A stretch of DNA of 64,000 bases from Octopus sinensis (lineage: Eukaryota). Shown piece by piece: positions 54,850-64,000 of this stretch. Under the pieces are notes generated by a model. That model made no database searches, was not told the origin of the DNA, and worked only from the letters and a program-made list of their open reading frames with translations. Positions within the stretch are counted from its first letter, which is position 1. Each line of letters begins with the position of its first letter. The stretch spans positions 20,150,001 through 20,214,000 of the forward strand of contig NC_043008.1 of NCBI RefSeq assembly GCF_006345805.1, in the 5' to 3' direction. The translations under genes and the position numbers were made by a program.

Positions 54850-55650
54850 CCACCGCCGATTTCATTATTTAGAGTCCGGTTAAGAATATTGAAGCTGTAA
54901 CTTACAACTGGGACGGCTAATGTGTTAAGAACTAACATCTTGTTTTTCGCATTGAGCGCCAGTTTACAGTAATAATCTAACTCTTCTCTAGTATTCTTTT
55001 CTTATTTTCTCTTTCATTTGTGTGTGTTTTATTGTATCTTGTTCATTGATTTCTAAGTATTTGTATGTCTGGCTTTGGTCTAATTCCCTTATTCCATTCG
55101 CATTATCTACTCTTAATTAGTTTTCCTGTTTTCAAATTTACTTTGGCACATTTTTCTAAGCTAAATTTCATGGTGATTTCTTTGTTAAATCCATCTACTA
55201 TCTGTAGTAATATTTCTAGTTGTTTATCATTTGTAGTATACAGTTTCAGATCATCCATATATAAGAGGTGGCTGATTGTTTTGCCGTAACAGTTGTATAA
55301 ACATCCAGTTCTGTTTAGCATGTTAGATAAAGGTGTCAATACCAAGCAGAAAATGAGTGGAGAGAATGTGTCTTCCTGGAAATTTCCTCTTCTAATGGGG
55401 ATAGCTTTTGTTTTTGAGTCCTTCTATTTTCTGGAACTGTAGCACTGTCTGTGACTTATTCATGGAATGTGTTATATAATTTATGGTTATTGGTGCTATC
55501 TTGTTCATTCATTGTTAGTGTTTCTAGGATCCATGAGTGGGGAATACTATCATAATGTTTCCAGTAACCGATCCAGGCCATACATAGAACCTTCTTTCTG
55601 CGGATGTCTTCAGTTAAGACTTTATTGTTCAGTAGCTGATGTTTACAGCC
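54850..55650 (-). pseudogene. Non-LTR retrotransposon RT fragment, R4/Dong-like
   Basis: LCMAWIGY..YDSIPHSWILETL; PIRRGNFQEDTFSPLIFCL; ISHLLYMDDLKLY; MKFSLEKCA; YKYL..MKEKIRKEY*RRVR; NTLAVPVVSYSFNI. Confidence 0.85.
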
Positions 55651-55754
55651 GTATAAACCCTTATTATTATTGTTGTTGCTGTTGTTGTTGTTGTTGTTAT
55701 TATTGCTGTTGTTGTTATTTCTGTTGTTGTTGTCGTCGTCGGCGTCGTTATCAC

Positions 55755-56039
55755 AGGCAAAATCGTTAACCGGGTGAAATGCTTAGCGGCGTCCAATCCG
55801 TCTCCACGTTCTGAATTCAAGTTCCCCTTGAGGTCGGTAAAATAAGTACCAGTTGCATACTGAGGTCGATGCAATCGACATAACGCCCTCCCTGAAATTG
55901 CTGGCTTTGTGTCAAAATTTGAAATCATCATTACAATTATTGTTATTATTATTATTATTTTTTATTTTTTTATTTTTTTATTTTTTTTATTATTATTATT
56001 ATTGCAATTATTATTATTATTATTGTTATTATTATTATG

Positions 56040-56084
<45 letters not shown>

Positions 56085-56305
56085 GACAAAGCAGCGAGCT
56101 GGCTGAATGGTTACGGTGCCGCACAAATTGCTTAACGGCTTTTCGTCCGTTTTTACATTCTGTGTTCAAATTCCGCCGAGGTCGGCCTTGTTTTCCATCC
56201 TTTCAAATTCGATAAAATAAAGTAACACTCATCCACGGGGACCGACGTAATCGACTTATCCTCTCCCTCGAAATTACTGGCCCTGTGCTAAAGACTGGAA
56301 CCATT
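55755..56305 (+). mobile_element. Two SINE-B copies (55755-55930, 56085-56305) with (ATT)n tails
   Basis: Family B motifs. Confidence 0.75.
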
Positions 56306-56596
56306 ATTGATATTGATAATGTTATTGTTGTTACTGCTATCATCATATTTTCAATGTCCTCATGCGACTTTTCACTGTAACACCAGTTGCAGCTTAGTAC
56401 TGCTGAGTGATACGCAACATTTCCTTTTGTGTCGTAAGCTACTTGTCTTTCTATCTCACATTTGTATATTATTTGCATTGTCGTGCGGCATTAGTGTTTT
56501 TTTTCTCTCTTTTGATTGCTTCTTTTGTTATTTCAGTATTTTATCGTGAGAAATATGTTCGAAGCTGAAACTGAAATTTCCTCGGTTTTCTCTGTC

Positions 56597-57035
<439 letters not shown>

Positions 57036-57947
57036 CTTGCGTGTTAGTTGCGTTATGTGGTGACGATGTAGAATGTTTTCTGCGTGGGTTGTATTCTATT
57101 ATTGGGTGGCTGCACTTCTGAAGAACATAAGCCATTGGTTGTGTTGACTGTGCGAGCGGGTGGGGAGGTTGTTAGTGCTCCGGGTAGCGATAACGCAAGA
57201 ATATGCGTGTTGTGTTATTCTATTGGACTATAATAAATGCTGCGTAGGTTGTGCTATATTAATAGGTAATGATACTGAAGTGTATATCTTGCACGATTCG
57301 CGCGCAACATGCATTACGTAAGTTATGTTATTGAATTGAAAGTATCTTGCGTAGGATGTAGGTTGTATCTCATAGTGCTTCTCTCTTTCTAGTTGTATGT
57401 CAATTTGTGTATATTGGTATGCATTATCTCCTAATATTTTTTAATATTTTTTCCCTTTACTTTATAATTTCACAGCTTCAGCATAAATGGTAGTCTTTTC
57501 AATGTTGGACTCCACACGATCCGTCTTATAATTCATGGCCATTGTTCTCTGATAAGTTCTCCGTCTACTCCCGGTAAATATATTTTGGTCAGAAGAGAAC
57601 GATATATCTCTCAGAGTACAAATATTTCCATTTCCTTACATTATAATTATACATTACATCCTGTTGTTTTCAATGTTATCGATATCTTTATCGGAAAGTG
57701 TCGGTTTCTCAGAATCATTCAGAAATTGGAAACGATATCTTGCGAAATTTGTTTCTATTCTTTGCAATCTGACTTTAAACACCAGCGAGGTCTATTTTAG
57801 ATTCCATACTTCTGGGTTCCATAAAATAATGTACCAGTCAAGTTCATTGGTTAATGGTATCGGCTGATGAATTTCGGCTAAATCAGGAGCGTTTCTTCTT
57901 CTTCTTCTTCTCTTCTTCTTCTTCTCTTCTTCTTCTTCTTCTTCTTC

Positions 57948-58098
<151 letters not shown>

Positions 58099-58325
58099 TA
58101 TTATTATATTATTATGAATAATAATAATAATTATAATAGTGCAGTTTCCAGGGTACGCGAATATAATACAAATGAGTAACGAAGATATACAGGTGTTAAT
58201 TCATTACGGCCGTTTCAAGCGACTCCGTTAATACTTGTATTGATATATATATATATATATATATATAATTAGAAATATTGAATTTCTAAATGTCTCAACG
58301 AGACATGAGCGGTGGTGGAACTATA

Positions 58326-58667
58326 GAGTGGTTGTATAAAGTCAACATAACGTGACAGTCCCGTAGAGGGAATTACACCACCGCTATATAGCCCTAGGAA
58401 GCATCGACTCTTCCTGTCGGCTTTGCCACATTTGCTGTGTCTTTATATTTGCAAAGGGATTTGACTGACGACGGGTAAGACCCAGAAACATGCATGTCTC
58501 CAGGTTGCTAGTTCTAGCTGGTGGGGGTACTTGCCTCCCCTTTGCAAATATAAGGACACAGCAAATTTGTCAAAGCCGACAGGAGGCGTCAATGCTTCCT
58601 AGGGCCATATACAGGTTGTGTAATTCCCTCTACTGGACTGTCACGTTATGTTGACTTTATACAACTA

Positions 58668-58670
<3 letters not shown>
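58326..58670. repeat. Foldback element (~130-bp arms 58326-58458 / 58538-58670) with an HHR in the spacer
   Basis: GTGGTTGTATAAAGTCAACATAACGTGACAGTCC pairs with GGACTGTCACGTTATGTTGACTTTATACAACTAC. Confidence 0.9.
58463..58500 (+). ncRNA. Minimal hammerhead ribozyme
   Basis: GA-CTGACGA-CGGG-TAAGA-CCCA-GAAAC-ATGCAT-GTC|TC. Palindromic stem III ACATGCATGT, GUC triplet; stem I only 2 bp here. Confidence 0.7.
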
Positions 58671-58707
<37 letters not shown>

Positions 58708-58774
58708 GCATGTGCATATACACATATATATGTACGTGAATGTGTACTGTACGTGTATACATATATATATATAA

Positions 58775-58832
<58 letters not shown>

Positions 58833-60369
58833 GTACAGTTCAGGTTGCTCTAATAGATTCGCCTCACAAAATAACGCAGTTTCTATTTTTGTTACATACA
58901 AAACTCTTTTCGATTATGCCATGTGACATATTGTATTTTCTCACCCTTAAGCATGCTTGTTCCACCCACCCAAATGAGAAATATTGACAACAGGATATAA
59001 AACGTAAACTATTGACATGCTAAAAACGATTGGCTTGTTTCCATAATGCCAAACTAAAACGTTTTGTTTCCTATAAGATATTTAAAAGTAAAAGTAGAAA
59101 TATTTGGCCAGTGTCTATATTCATAAAATTATTGATGTGGGAGACAGAGGTAGGTTTGTAAGCAGCAGAATGTCCGTTCGGTTCTTGAATAACATTCTAC
59201 CAGTTCTTGAATCTAAAGATATCGTGTTAAGTATATTGGTAATATATATGGATTCGAGTTCTTTCTCTACTGGCAACATGCCACTATATAGCTATTTTGT
59301 TAAATCGCCAGCATGAGTACCGTTGTTTTTTCATTTATCTTTTCTTTTCCTTGTTTAGAAAAGTTATGTGTCAAAAAAATGTTCATGGAAATTTTGTAGC
59401 AGATCAGTTGCTGATACAGCCAATGTGATGTATTTACAGGGAAGGAATGCGAAGTCTTGGGAAACGCTGAGTATGAAAGTTGGCTCGGTGACATAAAGAA
59501 CTCATGATACTGGGTGCGAGAATCGCTCGACACAATCACTTAAAATATATTTCATCTTTGAAAAATATTTTTTTCATAATTCCTGTTACTTTTCTTCTAC
59601 TCTGGATGCTGGGGCTATGCCCGTAACACCATACAAATGGGGGCGAAAAAAGCTATTAGTTAATTAGAGGTATGATCTCATAATCAATTTGAATTAGTAG
59701 AATTAATGTTGCTGCAAGAAAAGAATTATTAATTAAAGCGATTGATAAAAAGAATCATCGATGGAAGTTAATTAAATGAGTCCCAATAATAAATAACCAA
59801 ACAAAACGAAAGTAATCTTAAACCCTCTCCCACTAAATTCAGTTTTTAGAAATCTAGGAATAAAAATGAAAAAACACTTATACAAAACAAATAATATTGA
59901 TAACATTATAAATTGCTTAATATTAACATCTCCCGTTATATAGCTAACGTTATAATCTCCAACAGTAAGAATTTTGCTAAAGATACCCAAGGAAACCAAG
60001 TGATGATATTAAGCTAGGCGACATATTAGTTCAGCTACTTAAGTAGGCTGTTGCGGAATTTGAAATTAGAAAGCCAAAAGCTGGTATAAAAGCTGCAATG
60101 CATCTAGTCTGACGAGGCTACATGACATTGTTTAGGGAGGACAATGTAAGCCTTTCAGATTGCACTCGACCCATAACTGGAATTTGTAATCTCGCAAAAT
60201 AGAATATGATACAATTTGGACACAAAAGGTACATGGATTTCTAGTATGACATATACATTTGTATAGAGAGTATAACATGTAATCATACTACGTTTCCGTA
60301 TTCCACCTACATATTTCGTCATTCCCACACATACACACATACAAGTGCTCAACTGGTATTTGTCTCATG

Positions 60370-60755
60370 CGCCCTTTTGAAGCCTAACCAGGCTCATGGG
60401 CCCGGTTTCCCAGTTTCTATGGTGTATGTATCTCCCCACCTGGATGGGACGCCAGTCCATCGCAGCGTTACTCATTTTTACCAGCTCAGTGGACTGGAGC
60501 AACATGAAATGAATTGTTTTGCTCAAGAACACAATGCGTCGCCCGGTCCAGGAATCGAAGTCACAATCTTACGATCATGATGCTGACACCCTAACCACTA
60601 AGCCACGGGCCCCCACGGTATTTGTTTTACCCATCCCAAAAGGATGGGAGGCAAAGACGATCTCTGTGGAATTTGAACTCAGAACGTAAAGCCGTACGAA
60701 ATGCCGGTAATAATTTTGCCCGGCATGCTAACACTTCCGCTAACTCACCGCCTTA
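60370..60755 (-). mobile_element. SINE family C-like (60370-60612) plus SINE B (60615-60755)
   Basis: TTGCTCAAGAACACAA..GGAATCGAA..AACCACTAAGCCAC; GGAATTTGAACTCAGAACGTA. Confidence 0.75.
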
Positions 60756-61494
60756 CACACATATACACACATACACATGAAAAATGAACTATAATGGTCA
60801 AGGAGGAGGATTTTACATCACATTACATGTCCTGTGAATATGAAACAGATTTTGCTCATCATTGTCTCCTTCTCGTCTCCCACCTCCGCCTCTTACTCTT
60901 GCTCCTTCTCCTTTTGATCATTACACCTTATCGTAGTACATGCCTAAATATAAGTCTAACTGCTCTTCCTAGGAATTAGTTTTCTCCTACCGGGTTGTTG
61001 TCTTGTTCACTACATAAGAAGAAAACCTTTAATTTGTGTCCATATCAGCGATCATTTGTTCTGTCATTGTAGTTGTCGATATTTTTTGCTCTTTTAGTTG
61101 CTGTTGCTGCCTAGCCCTAGGTCACTCACGATTCAACACACCTATGATAAGACCCGTTCTAGTGATGACAATTATGTCCTGTTTTCGGAAGTAGTGCGTC
61201 ATTTCATCATTGATCTGTTGTTGCTGCTGCTGTTGTTCTTAAATATTTAAGTAGCTGACAAAAATGTTTTATGACACATAGTTATGTCCCTTAATATTAT
61301 GTGTTGCTAGGAGGAATAGTGCACAAATGGTGCGGAATTTTTTAATTGATTAAATCCATCTCCCGAAATTTATGAAACATGTGAAAATCACGCATAGAAA
61401 AGCACAGAAACATACACATACACACACACACACACTAGCACATACGGAAACACACACACCGAAGATGCACAGAAAGTGGCATCAGTATTATTGG

Positions 61495-61930
61495 GAAAGG
61501 CGGCGAGATGGAAGAATTACAACGATGGACAAAATACTTATCGACATTTCGTTCAGATTTCAAATTCCGCCCAGGTCGACTTTGCATGTCATCCTTTGGA
61601 GGGGAACGGTCAATAATAAAAAGCCCCAATTGAGCACTGGGGTCGATGTCATCAACTTACTCTTCTTCCGATTTTTCTGGACTTGTACCAAAATTTGAAA
61701 CCAAACAATTATTGGGAATGACTGCGAGCTAGCAGAATCGTTCATATGCCGAGCAAAAGACTTGGCGGCGTTTCGTTCCTATTGACCTTCTGAGTTCAAA
61801 TTTAGCAGAGATCGATTTTGCCTTTCATTTTTGCAGGGATAGATAAAATGAGAACCAGCACTAGGGTCATTGAAGTCGACTTGCCTCTCCCCTGAATTTT
61901 GCTCGCCTTGTACCAAGATTCGTAACCAAC
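61495..61930 (+). mobile_element. Two degenerate SINE-B copies
   Basis: GGCGGCGAGATGG..TTCAAATTCCGCCCAGGTCGACTTTGC; GCGAGCTAGCAGAATCGTT..GAGTTCAAATT. Confidence 0.7.
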
Positions 61931-62789
61931 AGTATTAGTAAATTCAGAAAATTTTAATCATAAAAAAACTATGACTTGTCCGAATTGGTAAAATAGTAGA
62001 AATATTGATTTGATCACTTGGTTAGGATTCTTCGCAAACTGAGTTCAAATATAGCTAAGGTAGGATTTACAGTTATGCTTGCGGGGTTCATAAAGTAAAA
62101 TACCAATCTTACGCTCCCTTGAGTTTAATCAGGTGTATTCCTACTCCAAAATTCTGATCTCAGTTTTCTTAGTTCAATTATTTTTGTATCGGTTAAAACG
62201 GGATTTTGTCAGAGAGAACAATCTATGTCTCTTCTCGTATAAAATTCATTGAATGCCTTTTATACTTGTCCTTACTTTGTATCTAGGAATTTACGGATAA
62301 TTGTAGCCAAGCCAAGTAAATGTATTTTGTGCACTGTAACCTTTTCTTTACTATGTTTTAGTTTTCCCAAATTTGTTCTCAGATGCTCCGTCAAAATTTC
62401 CAAGCCCCTACTGATATTTGTTCCAGAATTTGAAAATTTATACTTCAAACTGAACTTTAAGTGTTCGTTTCGATTCTATTCTTATATCGGTTTACAACAT
62501 CAATCTCATGAAACAGGTTTCCTATCAGCAGTTGTAATATCCTGTTGGTTGTTCACTGTTCTCCTGATGGTTCGCGTAGGAATGTTCCATTATAAGCTCA
62601 AGTCACGTTTTTCGAGAACTTTCATTCTGTTCGAACAAAAATGTCGAAGCTTTTTTCTGTTCATGGAGACTGAATATTTTGGAAATATTTGAATGAATTA
62701 TTTCAGCAATCTGATCATATCTGTAATTTTCAGATTGTCATCTTATTATAATTCTGCTTGCCATTGCTTTACTTATCCCGTCCGTAATG

Positions 62790-63900
62790 CTTTCACGTGA
62801 TGAGAGAAAAAGAGGGCGAAAGAAAAGGGGAGAGAAAAAGAGGGAGGAGAAAAAGAGGAAGAGAGAAGCGTCCATTATACGAGGTAGAGGGAATGTAATT
62901 GTAATGCTTTCACGTGATTAGTTGAAGCGAAAGAGAAGAGAAAAAAAAAGGAGAGAGGGAAAGAAGATAAGATGAAGAAAAATAGGGAGAGAGAAGAGTC
63001 TATGACGTGAAGTAGGGGTAAGGTAATATTTATTACGTTGTTAAAGAAGTTAGTTGAAGTTGGACGAGGAGAGTTAAAAATATAATTTTAGCAGAGAGCT
63101 GATGTTCTGATGGTGAGTTGAACGGCAGAGGGGGAGAGAACGGGGAGAGAGTGGAGGGAAAGAAAGGAAGTGAGATGATGATGATGATGGTGCTGGTGCT
63201 GGTGCTGCTGATTGGATAATTAAAAGTGTATCTTTTAAAATTGAACTCTGTTTTTATATGACTTATCTCTTAACGCATGCGCTTAAGTGCAATTCCGTGA
63301 AATTTTCACGCTTATTTATATGGCAGATATGTGCAATTTAACTAAAGATTGTATCATATGTACGAGATATTTTTATTTTTGTTTATGTTAAAAATGGAAA
63401 CATAAGAGTGAATATTCATTTTGTAATTGTTGTGTATTAAGTCTATAAAATCATGCATAAAGTATATAAAGTGCACACATAAATTTCAGTAAGTAATCCT
63501 CGTATTCCAATTTCTTTCACTTTCCAATGAGCAGCAGATTAACAAGTGACTATCTTCCCATATTGGCACAACCCAGGCTGCGCTTTCAGGATTTTTGGAT
63601 AACGTTTTCAGAAATAACCCAATATGTTTACTGTTAATTGCGTGAAGTATTCACGTGTCCCGCTAGTTTTAACCATTGAGAGTCAATGGAATTTTCCCTT
63701 ACATCAGACCGACTTCTGCATTGGGAGGGACACTGCTGCATACCTAACATCCTCATTAACCAGACGTGTATTTCCTCTTATCATTTTCGGCTTTTTGAAA
63801 CAAGCTCCTGTATGGAAATATTTCCTTCAGAGTGCAACTTCTTTTTCTCCCATATATAGTTATTCTTTGATCTTTATAGGTACCAGAAACTGTAAATAAC
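62790..63900. repeat. Dispersed repeat (inverted homolog of 17450-18430), probable DNA transposon/Helitron-like remnant
   Basis: Shared blocks with the 17-18 kb region; broken reading frames on the minus strand, not assignable. Confidence 0.55.
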
Positions 63901-64000
63901 ATTTCACTCATTGTCTCTTTAAGAAGAGCATTTTTTCTTTCTTCTAGATACAATCCTAGACTTGTTTTCAGTTGATGGGGTTTTCAACACCCATCGTTCT

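Noticed and set aside
58195-58240. GAAAC-GGCC-GTA on the minus strand (similar halves at ~8703-8712 and ~19317-19345)
   Set aside because: Only the 3' half of an HHR is present, and CUGANGA is missing or destroyed; cannot be called.
59104-59539. 70-79 aa ORFs on both strands in unique-looking sequence
   Set aside because: No recognisable domain and conflicting frames; insufficient support for an exon.
60105-60165. CTGACGA followed by a hairpin
   Set aside because: No GAAA/NUH arrangement; simple stem-loop.

Overview
This is repeat-saturated, AT-rich animal genomic DNA. The SINE families and microsatellite load look like Octopus/cephalopod DNA, which is my inference from sequence pattern, not a database result. 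I can support no host protein-coding gene, and most ORF-track entries are microsatellite artefacts. The main feature is a young, 5'-truncated Penelope-like retroelement (PLE; RT plus C-terminal GIY-YIG endonuclease, minus strand, ~21-4270). It has an inverted 5' pseudo-LTR, and each pseudo-LTR carries a type I hammerhead ribozyme (HHR). The most interesting signal is a set of non-coding, HHR-bearing elements from about seven further unrelated families. These include two retrozyme-like tandem arrays (482-bp and ~555-bp units) and a 130-bp near-perfect palindrome made of two head-to-head HHRs. They also include a ~700-bp palindromic element with tRNA-like heads, HHR tails and a 12-bp target-site duplication, plus foldback elements carrying variant HHR cores. 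Nearly all sit in or beside (TA)n/(AAT)n tracts. The rest is decayed transposons (second PLE, R4/Dong-like LINE, Tigger/pogo, Chapaev-like, mariner-like), dozens of tRNA-derived SINEs, and microsatellites/minisatellites. Coordinates were read by eye and may be off by a few nt; ribozyme folds were assigned by eye, not computed.
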